61,707 bases of DNA from Coriobacteriales bacterium (GTDB taxonomy: Bacteria > Actinomycetota > Coriobacteriia > Coriobacteriales > UMGS124), in assembly GCA_048173955.1 (NCBI GenBank), contig DBEYOB010000149.1:1-61707 (forward strand), in the 5' to 3' direction. The position numbers and the translations under genes were made by a program. Under the pieces are notes generated by a model. The model saw only the letters and a program-made list of their open reading frames with translations. It ran no database searches and was not told the DNA's origin. This document shows, piece by piece, positions 52,900 through 61,707 of this stretch. Numbering within the stretch: position 1 is the first letter of the stretch; each line of letters begins with the position of its first letter.

Positions 52900-55800
52900 A
52901 TGGCAAAAACACCAGAAGATAAGTTCGATCCAATCGAGGCGGCGCGGACAATCTCGGAATCGTATAGAAGTTACCTCGCTAGTACGATTCATTTTGCCGA
53001 CCAATCGTTTCAGGAGCAGCTTACTGAAATATTGGCTACTCCGGGAAATTTAGCAAAAGGACCCTTCTTGGAGGCTGCCCCGCCGTATAAGCAGGATGTT
53101 TCGATACGTGAGCTTGTTGACAGCGGCGAGTTGTGTCGCAGCATGCTGGAACTCGGCGGGGGAGAGCGCGATAAGTTTGACCCGGATCGCAAGCTATATG
53201 TTCATCAGGTCCGTGCAATCCGAAAAGCTTTAAGTGGGCATAACTATATTGTGGCGACGGGAACGGGTTCGGGTAAAACCGAATGCTTCTTGCTTCCCAT
53301 CATCAACGATATCCTGTGCGAATTTGAGGAAGCTGGTCCCAGTGCCGGCGTGCGTGCCATATTGATATATCCCATGAATGCGCTTGCCAATGATCAGCTC
53401 AAGCGCTTACGAGAGCTGCTCGCTGGCACTTCGGTGACATTTGGAAGATATACAGGCGATACGCAAGAAACCCAAGTTGAGGCCGAGAGTTCATGGCGTG
53501 AGGAGAACCCCGAACAGAAGCGATTGCCCAATGAGGTGATTTCTCGAGAGGCCATTCGCAAGGCACCTCCCAACATTCTGTTGACAAACTACTCCATGCT
53601 TGAATACCTGCTTTTGCGCCCGAAGGACGCCGACCTGTTCGGGCCGGTTTTTGGCAGAAACTGGCGACATCTCGCAATTGATGAGGCGCATGTCTACTCG
53701 GGTGCATTGGGCACTGAGGTGGGTTATCTAATCAGGCGGCTCAAGGCGCGCATCGAAGCTCAAACAGGTACTGCGCCCAATGTGAGATGCTACGCCACGT
53801 CGGCAACCATGGGATCAAAAGAAGAACTCCCCAAAATAGCGGAGTTCGCTGCCGGTTTATTTGGCGAAGCTTTCACGACGGAAGGCGATATCGATGTGAT
53901 TACCGGGTCTATTGATAGCCCGGAAAGAGATTTAAGGGAACCGTGGGGTTCGCTGCCTCTTTCCACGTGGTCACAGCTTGCGGAAGAGCTGCGAATTAAT
54001 GCCGACATCCAGGAATTGCTTTCAATACTTACAGGTTTGATTCCAAATTGCGAGACTGATGATTTGCTGCGTTCCGAAGACGCTCAGATTGGACTTGGGC
54101 ATGTGCTTTTAGGCGAACTGACCACGGCAACAGTTGTCCGTTCCGCTTCAAATGGTTTAACTGACTTGACCGCGATTGAACGAACTGATTTGATGGAAAT
54201 AACTGGCCTTGACGTGCGTATTCTTGTCGATATTGTTGAAGTCCTCGCATGGGCCCAGCGATCAAAAGGTGTTCCTATATTAAGCAGCAGATACCATCTT
54301 TTTTTACGAGGTCCTGAGGGCATATTTGCCAATCTCGCGACAAAGAAGCTCATTGCTGCCAAGACAATGGGAGAACCCTTTGATGACGAGGGGCATAACA
54401 TTCCCGTGTATGAGTTGGCGGTATGCAGACATTGTGGGCAAGCTTATGTGTTGGGGAAAGAGGAGGCGTCCGAAGACAGGAAGTGCAGCTTTCTCAGTCC
54501 GCGACATAGTGGCTTGGACAAGGGTGAGGATTTTATTCCTCGGAGCTATTACCGGCTCATGAAAGACGAAGACGATTCAGTCGAAGCTGAGAAAGTGTTC
54601 TGGCTCTGCAGCGTTTGTGGCTCTTTGCATAACGCCAGAGACGGCGGAGGGCATGTGTTCTCACATGAACCATGCGAGCGAATTCCAATTGCTTTTGGAA
54701 GTGCCACCGAAGAAGAGGCCACATGTCCCTACTGTGGTTATAAAAGTCGCCATGCCATTCAGCCCATGCGCGTTTCTCCCGAGGCGGTCGGCAGTGTCGT
54801 GTGTTACGATCTCGTTCGTCTCATTCCCCCGTTCGAAGTGGATGACGAAGAAACTGAAGAGGATTTATTTGAACTCGACGAAGACGATCGCCGCAAAGCC
54901 GGCAGTGTCATCTGCTTTTCCGACAACCGCCAAGATGCTGCCTATTTTGCTCCGGCATTGGAGCGAACCTACAGGCGAATCACTATTAGGCAGATTATTC
55001 GCGAAGCAGTTGACGATTTGTATAAAGAGCAGAGTAGACGCGTGTGCCCTTCGGCGGTCTGCAGTTGGATATCGCAAGAGGGGAGAAAGAGGTATCGATC
55101 ACTATTCGAAAAAAGGGACAGCTGGCAAGTTTCACAAGCGTGGGTTTGGAGCGAGCTGGTTGCGGACGACTATCGCAACAGTCTTGAGGGGCTGGGGGTT
55201 GTTCGGGTCGAACTTACCGATTTCTCCGAACTTCTTGGAGAAAAGGTTGTTTCTAGAGCGGTAGACAAGATGCTAGCCGGACTTGGTGAGGAATTGGCTT
55301 GGGTCACAGCGGACGACTACCGAGTCTTTGTCCGGTACTGCTTTGATTCACTTCGAAGCCAAGGGGCAATTGAAGCTCCTCAGGGAGTTGCTTATAATCT
55401 CTTCTATACAAGGGTGCGTCCGAAGCTTGTAGTTCTCGGCGATGGTGACATTTCTAAAAAGGTTATCTCATTCATCGGAGGAGAAAAGACTATCGAAAAT
55501 CGACGCAGCGACTTCATTCGTCGTTATGCCAGAGAGGTGCACGGTGCCGATGTGACACGTGGCGAGTGCGCAAGCTTGCTCAGATCGATATTTGATTTTA
55601 TGAGCAAGCTTCTAAGCGCTGCTTCGAAGCGGAGCGGCATGGATTTTGTTCAAAATGAGGGAGGAAAGGGGTTCTGGTTCAATCAGAACCTTTGGACTAT
55701 GGTCCCTCACAGGGATTCCGATGCTGTTTGGATTTGCGACACCTGTGGCTGCGAGAGGCATACCAGTACCAATGGGGTATGCCCGACCTACCGCTGCGAA

Positions 55801-57723
55801 GGCCACATGGTAGAGACGAACTACGCTGAGGTGAAACATAAAGACGAACATTATAAAGATGTCTATGTTGACGAGCCTTTGCCGATTTGCGTTGAAGAAC
55901 ATACCGCCCAATTGTCTCGGGAGCAGGCACGCAATGTTCAGCGTGATTTTATTAAAGGAAACGTCAATGTTTTGTCGTGTACTACGACGTTCGAGCTGGG
56001 TGTTGACGTCGGCGATTTGCGGGCAGTCTTCATGCGAAACATACCTCCTCGAGCTGCCAATTACACACAGCGAGCCGGTCGAGTTGGTAGGCGTGCGGGA
56101 AAACCGGGATTTGCCGTGACTTTTGCCCGTCTGCGGCCTCACGATATAGCGCTTTACAAAGACCCCGAGCGGGTCATTCGCGGTTCTTCTCCTGTTCCCT
56201 GCTGCTATCTTGACAACGATGCTATCGCCCTGCGTCACGTGTTTGCCATTGCTCTTTCGGAGTACTTTAGATTCATGGACAAAGAAGGCGAAAACCAGTC
56301 TCGTCACTATCACAAATTCATGAATCTGTCTGAGGCCACGCCCGAGGGGCTCTCTCTATTGAAAGACTATCTTGACACTAACCCCGAGGGGATAAAGATC
56401 CAGATTGAATCGATGCTGCCTAAAAATAAGACGCGAATTGTTCGTCAGGCGCTTGAAGTTGACTCATGGGGATGGGTTGATAGGCTGGTCGGTCCGGAGG
56501 GTCGTTTGGCCCGCACACACAGACTGAAGCACGACGATTACGAGCGTATATATTTTGCATTTAATGAATGCCAGGAGGCGGAGGAGCGCGGTCGAGCCCG
56601 TGGTCTACTCGGAATGCTAGAGCGAATGGAAGCAGAACTGACCATTTCCGTCTTAGCAGGAAACGGAATTTTGCCAAAGTACGGTTTTCCAACTGATTTG
56701 GTTGAACTTAAAATCGACAATCAGGGGAGTTTTTCCTTGAAAAGTGAGCTGCAGCTCCAAAGGGGACTGCGCCAAGCAATTAGAGAGTATGCTCCTGGCA
56801 ATGAGATTATTGCGAACAAACGAGTATGGAAGTCTGTCGGTATTCGCAAACCGAGGAATCACAAGCTTGAGACGCGCTATTACGGAAGGTGCGAGTGTGG
56901 GGCGTTCGTGTGGCCAGTTGAGGACTATTCAAAAAAGGCGGTTTGCCGCGTATGTGGCAAGGACGTCACCCTATCTGACGTGATGATCGTTCCTTCGGAA
57001 GGCTTTTTTGCGAAGGAGGAGACGAATAAAGATGCCGGAGAGCAGCGACCGCGTAGTAGGGGAGGGATAAGGATTGAGTTTTGCCAAAACTGGCCCGATG
57101 AGGCAAAAAATGAAAAGCTTACATTTCCCGGAGGCACGATCGAGGTTCGCTTTGCTGGGAATGCCCAGCTCTGCGCATTAAACACAGCGAACGGCAAAGG
57201 TTTTCAGTTTTGCTCCTATTGCGGCGCTGCCGCACCCAGCGGCGAGCAGTTGGAACATGAGAGATACTGCAACGAGCGGCGAGGTCACCATTACGATGCG
57301 TTGGGCACATCGTTCGTGAGCGACGTACTTGAATTCACGCTGTGTCTTTCCCACAGACCGCGAGAACCTTTCTCAGAAGAGGATTGGGAGTCTCTTGTTT
57401 GGGCAATCTTTGCGGCGGCTGTGGATATCTTCGAACTCCCTGAGATGGAATTGGGAGGTACGTTTTATCCGAATCCGAGCGGGTCTCAATCGGTAATGCT
57501 CTATGACGATGTGCCCGGCGGTGCTGGCCATGCTCTTCAGATTGCTCGCCATGTAAGAGGGGTGATTATGCGGGCGCATAAAATCGTATCTGAATGTACC
57601 TGTGGTGAGGATACATGCTGCTATGGATGTCTATGCAACTACTACAATCAGGCGAGTCAGTCTCATTTGTCAAGAGGGGGTGCGCTTCGGATTCTTAATG
57701 CCCTGTTTGGATTAGATTACTAA
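52900..57723 (+). CDS. Giant (1607 aa) SF2 DEAH-box helicase fused to a C-terminal DUF1998/MrfA-type zinc-binding domain. DruE-like.
   Basis: Motif I ATGTGSGKT (aa 119-127), motif II DEAH (aa 261-264, nt 53680-53691), SAT (aa 301-303), motif VI QRAGRVGRR (aa 1057-1065). DUF1998-type signatures LPKYGFPTD (aa 1258-1266), LYDDVPGGAGHA (aa 1534-1545) and CTCGEDTCCYGCLCNYYNQ (aa 1566-1584). Confidence 0.9.
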   Translation: MAKTPEDKFDPIEAARTISESYRSYLASTIHFADQSFQEQLTEILATPGNLAKGPFLEAAPPYKQDVSIRELVDSGELCRSMLELGGGERDKFDPDRKLYVHQVRAIRKALSGHNYIVATGTGSGKTECFLLPIINDILCEFEEAGPSAGVRAILIYPMNALANDQLKRLRELLAGTSVTFGRYTGDTQETQVEAESSWREENPEQKRLPNEVISREAIRKAPPNILLTNYSMLEYLLLRPKDADLFGPVFGRNWRHLAIDEAHVYSGALGTEVGYLIRRLKARIEAQTGTAPNVRCYATSATMGSKEELPKIAEFAAGLFGEAFTTEGDIDVITGSIDSPERDLREPWGSLPLSTWSQLAEELRINADIQELLSILTGLIPNCETDDLLRSEDAQIGLGHVLLGELTTATVVRSASNGLTDLTAIERTDLMEITGLDVRILVDIVEVLAWAQRSKGVPILSSRYHLFLRGPEGIFANLATKKLIAAKTMGEPFDDEGHNIPVYELAVCRHCGQAYVLGKEEASEDRKCSFLSPRHSGLDKGEDFIPRSYYRLMKDEDDSVEAEKVFWLCSVCGSLHNARDGGGHVFSHEPCERIPIAFGSATEEEATCPYCGYKSRHAIQPMRVSPEAVGSVVCYDLVRLIPPFEVDDEETEEDLFELDEDDRRKAGSVICFSDNRQDAAYFAPALERTYRRITIRQIIREAVDDLYKEQSRRVCPSAVCSWISQEGRKRYRSLFEKRDSWQVSQAWVWSELVADDYRNSLEGLGVVRVELTDFSELLGEKVVSRAVDKMLAGLGEELAWVTADDYRVFVRYCFDSLRSQGAIEAPQGVAYNLFYTRVRPKLVVLGDGDISKKVISFIGGEKTIENRRSDFIRRYAREVHGADVTRGECASLLRSIFDFMSKLLSAASKRSGMDFVQNEGGKGFWFNQNLWTMVPHRDSDAVWICDTCGCERHTSTNGVCPTYRCEGHMVETNYAEVKHKDEHYKDVYVDEPLPICVEEHTAQLSREQARNVQRDFIKGNVNVLSCTTTFELGVDVGDLRAVFMRNIPPRAANYTQRAGRVGRRAGKPGFAVTFARLRPHDIALYKDPERVIRGSSPVPCCYLDNDAIALRHVFAIALSEYFRFMDKEGENQSRHYHKFMNLSEATPEGLSLLKDYLDTNPEGIKIQIESMLPKNKTRIVRQALEVDSWGWVDRLVGPEGRLARTHRLKHDDYERIYFAFNECQEAEERGRARGLLGMLERMEAELTISVLAGNGILPKYGFPTDLVELKIDNQGSFSLKSELQLQRGLRQAIREYAPGNEIIANKRVWKSVGIRKPRNHKLETRYYGRCECGAFVWPVEDYSKKAVCRVCGKDVTLSDVMIVPSEGFFAKEETNKDAGEQRPRSRGGIRIEFCQNWPDEAKNEKLTFPGGTIEVRFAGNAQLCALNTANGKGFQFCSYCGAAAPSGEQLEHERYCNERRGHHYDALGTSFVSDVLEFTLCLSHRPREPFSEEDWESLVWAIFAAAVDIFELPEMELGGTFYPNPSGSQSVMLYDDVPGGAGHALQIARHVRGVIMRAHKIVSECTCGEDTCCYGCLCNYYNQASQSHLSRGGALRILNALFGLDY

Positions 57724-57774
57724 AATATATGTACCGGTATCCCCCCCACGGCGCCTGCATCGCCCGTAACAAAT

Positions 57775-57816
57775 GGCCCCGGGCCGGACGGCGTTCCGCC
57801 GTCTCGGTCCGGGGCC
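57775..57816 (-). terminator. Imperfect GC hairpin followed, on the minus strand, by ATTTGTTA. Candidate terminator of the DUF4012 gene at the right edge of the island.
   Basis: GGCCCCGGGCCGGACGGCG..GCCGTCTCGGTCCGGGGCC forms 8+3+5 bp of pairing with one mismatch and one bulge. Confidence 0.35.
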
Positions 57817-57846
57817 GCTCTCCACTATCTATGCCCCGTCGGCTTC

Positions 57847-59721
57847 CTACCACCGCTGCGCGAGCGGGGTCTGGTGCACCTCCAGCTCCTGGATCGCCTC
57901 CGCGGAGACGGTGACCTGGTAGGTGATCGTGACGCTCTCCTGCGCATAGAGGTTCACGTCGACGCGCCACACGTCGTGGCCGTAGAGCGTCGCCTCGCCC
58001 GCGCCCGCGCCGCTGCTCGCGGCGACGCCCGAGATGGAGCCGCCCGCCGGGGCGACGAGGAACGCGGTGACGAACAGGTCGTCGTCGCTGCGCTTCGCGG
58101 GGCTGTAGCCGATGATGTACGCGGGGGCCACGGCGGCCTCCTCCTGCGTGAAGGTGTTCGTCAGCGTGGTCGACACGCTGTAGGTCACGGTGCCGTCGGC
58201 GTTCTGCACCGACCCGGTGACCTGGGTGCCCATGTTCAGGTACCAGGCCATCTTTGCCCAGGTGTTGTCGTTCACGTAGACGCCGAGTTGCGGCTTGGCG
58301 GGGTCGTTCGGCAGGGCGCCCGTGACGTTCATGCCGCTCATGGCGGACTGGACGGCCTCGTTTTTCGACCAGAACAGGACACGCCCCTCGTCGGCGTCGC
58401 GGCCGACCACGTCGAGCAGCTGCCCCAGGTCGAGGGCGCCCAGGTCGCTCATGACGCGGTCGGCGACCAGGCCGGCCACCTCGGCGAAGAAGGGGTCCTG
58501 GTATTCGGGGTCGAGCCTCCAGTAGATGTCGCTCGAGAGGATCTGCGCCGCGTTGGTGCCGTCGACGACGGTGCCGTCGCTCGTGGTGACGCCGCCCACC
58601 AGGGTCAGGATGTCCTGCACGAACACCGGGTCCATGGCGATGACGCCGTCGACCGCCTGGCCCATGTAGGCCTGCCACGCCTCGGCCATCAGGCTCGCGG
58701 CGCGCGGGAAGTCGGGCGTGCAGTTGAGGTTGCCGGGGCTGATGCCCATGTCCGCCCCGAACAGGGCGATTTCCTCGTCGGTGAGCTGGAAGGTGACGTC
58801 GCGCTTGCCCGAGATGGTGGTGAAGCCGCCCAGGGTGGCCTGGCCGTTCTCGACGGTGACGGTGCCCCACGCGCCGGGGAACCCGCCCGTGGCGCGGACC
58901 TCGGAGTTGCACTGCGCGATGATGAGGTAGGTGCGCGGCCCGTTGCATCCGATGACCTCAGGGATCTGTGCGACGAGGGGGCCGTAGGCGTCGAGCAGCT
59001 CGCTTGCCTGGGCGAGCGGCTCCCTGAGCTGGTCGACCACGTCGTTGAGCTGCGAGATCTTGAAGGTGCCGAGCGACTCCAGGCGCGCCGAGGCGTCGTC
59101 GACCGCCGGCTCGACCTGGGTGACGAGGCTGCAGTACTGCGTGAGCGCGGCGGTGTTCACGCTCGAGCCCGACAGCAGCGAGTCGAGCGGGTAGGAGGCC
59201 AGGGTCGCCGCTGCCGGCTCGAGCGCGCCGCCGATCAGGGTGTCGGCGATCGAGAGCAGCTCGCGGGCGCCCTCGACGTCGCCGCCGTAGCCGGGGACGC
59301 GGGCGGCCAGGTCCCAGATGGGGCCGTCGAGCTCCTCCCGCAGGGAGTCGACGCCCTGCCGCAGGTCGGACGTGGCCTGCTGGAGCGCCGCGCCGTCGCC
59401 GTTCTCGACGGCCGCCTGCAGGTCGTCGACGGTCGAGGAGAGCGAGCGCGCCCCGTCCAGGGCGCGCTGCACCGAGCCGTATGCCATGGTGCCGACCACG
59501 GCGACCGCCGCGATGAGCGCGACGACGATGCCGAGGACGATGAACAGGGGCGCCTTGCTGCGCTTGCGTCCGGACGTGCCGCCGGAGCCGCGGCCGCCCG
59601 AGGGGCGGCCGGCCCTGCCGGTCGGCGCGCTGAAGCGGTTGCCCTGGCGCGCGTAGGGGTTGGCGTCGTACGGACTGCCCGCGTAGGGGCTGCTGTCGTA
59701 GGGGCTGGAGCTGTATGGCAT
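57847..59721 (-). CDS. DUF4012-type membrane-anchored envelope protein
   Basis: Ser/Pro/Tyr-rich cytoplasmic N-terminus, a single TM helix (APLFIVLGIVVALIAAVAVVGTMAY), then a large extracytoplasmic domain with NSEVRATGGFPGAWGTVTVENG, typical of DUF4012. ATG 59721 with GGGAGGG upstream. Confidence 0.8.
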   Translation of the reverse strand: MPYSSSPYDSSPYAGSPYDANPYARQGNRFSAPTGRAGRPSGGRGSGGTSGRKRSKAPLFIVLGIVVALIAAVAVVGTMAYGSVQRALDGARSLSSTVDDLQAAVENGDGAALQQATSDLRQGVDSLREELDGPIWDLAARVPGYGGDVEGARELLSIADTLIGGALEPAAATLASYPLDSLLSGSSVNTAALTQYCSLVTQVEPAVDDASARLESLGTFKISQLNDVVDQLREPLAQASELLDAYGPLVAQIPEVIGCNGPRTYLIIAQCNSEVRATGGFPGAWGTVTVENGQATLGGFTTISGKRDVTFQLTDEEIALFGADMGISPGNLNCTPDFPRAASLMAEAWQAYMGQAVDGVIAMDPVFVQDILTLVGGVTTSDGTVVDGTNAAQILSSDIYWRLDPEYQDPFFAEVAGLVADRVMSDLGALDLGQLLDVVGRDADEGRVLFWSKNEAVQSAMSGMNVTGALPNDPAKPQLGVYVNDNTWAKMAWYLNMGTQVTGSVQNADGTVTYSVSTTLTNTFTQEEAAVAPAYIIGYSPAKRSDDDLFVTAFLVAPAGGSISGVAASSGAGAGEATLYGHDVWRVDVNLYAQESVTITYQVTVSAEAIQELEVHQTPLAQRW

Positions 59722-60146
59722 GTGCCCTCCCGGGTACGTTCGAGCATGGTCGTGTGGCCGTGCATGGTGGTCGTGCATCCGCCCTGCGCGGTGTCTGGCG
59801 CGCGGGATGGTCCTGCGCCGCGCCGCTGCTCGCGGTGCGCTCCGACGTAGGCGAGGGGGCATTGTACCCGTTGGCGATGGGCATGGTGTGTGGAAGGCCG
59901 AGGGCGGGGCGATGCGGCGCGATCTGCCGGCGTGCCGGAATCGCCGGCGTGCCGCTTACGTGCGCCGTGCGCGGAGGGCGCCTCTGCGAACCGCTGACTG
60001 CCGCGTGCCGCGAATCGCCGACCGCCGCGTGCCACCCGCGTGATGTCCGTGTGACGCCTGGCGCGCGCCGGGCAGCGGGGCTATAATCTGCCCGCTTCGC
60101 GCGGTCGCGCGCGAGTTCCGACGTCTACGGAGGAAGAGGGAGCCCG

Positions 60147-60614
60147 ATGCTGTTCTCGAACGATCCCGACCAGCTTGCCTATGCGTGCGGCAAGGCCGCC
60201 GTGTTCATGCACGAGCACGACATGGCCGAGCTCCCCAACGGGCGCTACGACCTGTGCGGCGGCGACTACGTGAACATCATGGAGTACACCACGAAGGAGC
60301 GCGCCGAGGCGTGCTACGAGTCGCACGTCGAGTACGTCGACATCCAGATGGTGCTGCGCGGCGCCGAGTATCTCGAGGTCGTCCCGGTCGAGGGGCTTAC
60401 GGTGACGTCCCCCTATTCCGAGGAGGGCGACTGCGCCCTCTACGACGGCGCGCCTGCGGGCGAGCGCTTCCTCATGCTGCCCGGACGCTTCTGCATGGTC
60501 GGTCCGAACGACGCGCACATGCCCAGCGTGGCGACCGAGGACGGTCCGGCGCCCGCCAAGAAGGCCGTCTTCAAGATTCGGGTCGACCACCTGCCCTCGA
60601 CGAAGGTGGTGTAG
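60147..60614 (+). CDS. YhcH/YjgK/YiaL (EbgC-like, DUF386) family protein
   Basis: 155 aa. NGRYDLCGGDYVNIMEYTTKE..ESHVEYVDIQMVLRGAEYLEV..FCMVGPNDAHMP matches the family pattern. Confidence 0.8.
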   Translation: MLFSNDPDQLAYACGKAAVFMHEHDMAELPNGRYDLCGGDYVNIMEYTTKERAEACYESHVEYVDIQMVLRGAEYLEVVPVEGLTVTSPYSEEGDCALYDGAPAGERFLMLPGRFCMVGPNDAHMPSVATEDGPAPAKKAVFKIRVDHLPSTKVV

Positions 60615-60676
60615 GCTGCGAGACGGCCGGGAGTTGTCGTCCGAGGGGCCGGGACTGGCGCCCGGGAAGCCCCGAT

Positions 60677-60851
60677 GCCTGAATAATCACGCGTTGCGAA
60701 CGATTTTCGGACGTACGTAAGGGCGGGTTGGGGATAGGATGGAGGACTAGCTTTTCGTATTAGAAAGCTAATCTTCTGTTTGGGCTGTACTTGGTCCCTC
60801 GGGCCGCCGCGCCGCTCTTCCCAATCGTTCGCAACCCGCATTTCTTCAGAC
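60677..60851. repeat. MITE/REP-like palindromic element related to 36499..36684 (arms contain GTTGCGAACGAT / ATCGTTCGCAAC)
   Basis: Left arm GCCTGAATAATCACGCGTTGCGAACGATTT. Right arm CAATCGTTCGCAACCCGCATTTCTTCAGAC. AT-rich core with a small internal hairpin TAGCTTTTC..GAAAGCTA. Confidence 0.6.
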
Positions 60852-60987
60852 AACGGGTTCTCGGCTGTGCGTCGCAACGAGCCCCCGCTCGCCCGGCGCG
60901 CCCACGCCCTGCCCGGTGCCCGCGGCCCTCCCGGTGCCCGGTGCCCGCGGCCCTTTCCCCTTGCGCCCCATCTTCGCTCGCCCGGCC

Positions 60988-61707
60988 CTACAGCCCGATC
61001 AACCCCTGCAGCTCGTCGCGCGTGTGCACGCCCAGCTTGGCGTAGAGCCGCCGCGCATGGCCGCGCACGGTGTTCTCGCTGATGACGAGCGCCTCGGCGA
61101 TGTAGGCCTTGCTGCGTCCCTTGGCTAGAAGCTTGAGCACGTCGACCTCGCGCTCGGTGAGGTCGTACTCGCGGGCGATCTGCTCGCAGCGCTCGTCGAT
61201 GCTGGCGAACTCCTCGGGGTCGACCTTGCGGCGCAGGTCGGCGAAGATGCGCTGGACGTCGGGGTCGCGCGTCTCGAGGCAGAACACCATGACCACGCCG
61301 AGAAGCCAGAGCAGCGCCACGCCGAGCGTCGTGGTCGACGACGCAATCTCCGTCGTGCGCACGAGCGCGAGGCCCAGATAGTTCGCGCCGGTGTAGTCCG
61401 GGAAGGCTTCGTTCATCGCCTCGATGAAGCTGGCGGCGTCCGCGCAGGTGTCCGCAAGCTCCAACGTCTTTTCCAGATAGGCGATCTTCGCCTCTACGGC
61501 TTCCTGTCCCTCGGGGACGTAGTGGCTGGTCAGCACGAGATCGTAGTCAAAGCCCTTCAGTTCCTCGGCAAAGGCGCTGATATGCTCCTTGCTGGTGAGT
61601 ATGTTGTGGCAGTCGGAGCCGAGCATGTGGATATACACGCAGTTGATCGCGGGGATCTCGATGCCGTAGGCGTCGTCGCCTTCATCGCGGATGATGAAGT
61701 CCACGCC
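60988..61707 (-). CDS. LuxR-family regulator, partial (the N-terminus lies beyond the window). Sensor-like domain, one TM helix, C-terminal HTH.
   Basis: C-terminal LTEREVDVLKLLAKGRSKAYIAEALVISENTVRGHARRLYAKLGVHTRDEL and TM segment LGVALLWLLGVVMVFCL. The frame is still open at nt 61707. Confidence 0.85.
   Translation of the reverse strand, partial: GVDFIIRDEGDDAYGIEIPAINCVYIHMLGSDCHNILTSKEHISAFAEELKGFDYDLVLTSHYVPEGQEAVEAKIAYLEKTLELADTCADAASFIEAMNEAFPDYTGANYLGLALVRTTEIASSTTTLGVALLWLLGVVMVFCLETRDPDVQRIFADLRRKVDPEEFASIDERCEQIAREYDLTEREVDVLKLLAKGRSKAYIAEALVISENTVRGHARRLYAKLGVHTRDELQGLIGL

Noticed and set aside
54617-55264. 215-aa ORF nested in an alternative frame inside the helicase gene, and other 60-230-aa ORFs inside the island (for example 55612..56313(-)).
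   Set aside because: They lie wholly within a 1607-aa ORF that has ordered helicase motifs. Their translations are low-complexity, with no RBS.

Overview
This is a 61.7-kb window of high-GC DNA. Spot counts of individual 60-nt lines give about 65-70% G+C. It carries about 38 credible protein genes and no rRNA, tRNA or CRISPR.

Gene content: four Tat-exported FAD flavoprotein reductase paralogs, each near a LuxR or LysR regulator; one Tat-exported bis-MGD molybdoenzyme cluster; membrane-anchored LuxR regulators. This mix is typical of Eggerthellaceae-type Coriobacteriia. That taxonomic guess comes from gene content only and was not checked by any search.

Housekeeping genes: ybaB-recR-aroK, an S9 peptidase, purL, metQ-metN-metI, trmL, a glycosyltransferase/PlsC pair, an M15 peptidase, several GNATs, MerR, TraX, a DUF4012-type gene and a YhcH-type gene.

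Main finding: a ~9.9-kb block (about 47840-57745) sits between purL and the DUF4012 gene. Its G+C is visibly lower, about 40-53% in spot counts. It holds only two giant, translationally coupled genes:
- a 1457-aa protein with six N-terminal MBG/YDG-type repeats and no signal peptide;
- a 1607-aa DEAH helicase with a DUF1998/MrfA-type zinc module.
I read this as a horizontally acquired anti-phage module of the Druantia type III (DruH-DruE) kind, or a diverged or undescribed relative.

Secondary points:
- the molybdoenzyme cluster has unusual accessory genes: an SF1 helicase-like protein, a ferric-reductase-like membrane protein and two TorD-like chaperones;
- a 247-bp intergenic repeat pair carries a promoter-like motif and a palindrome;
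- a family of MITE/REP-like palindromic intergenic elements occurs at least six times;
- there are candidate operators in divergent regulator/reductase promoters and a frameshifted gene remnant.

All domain calls come from motif recognition by eye on the supplied translations. No HMM, BLAST, folding or statistics were run. Many long opposite-strand ORFs in the track are high-GC shadow ORFs and were ignored.
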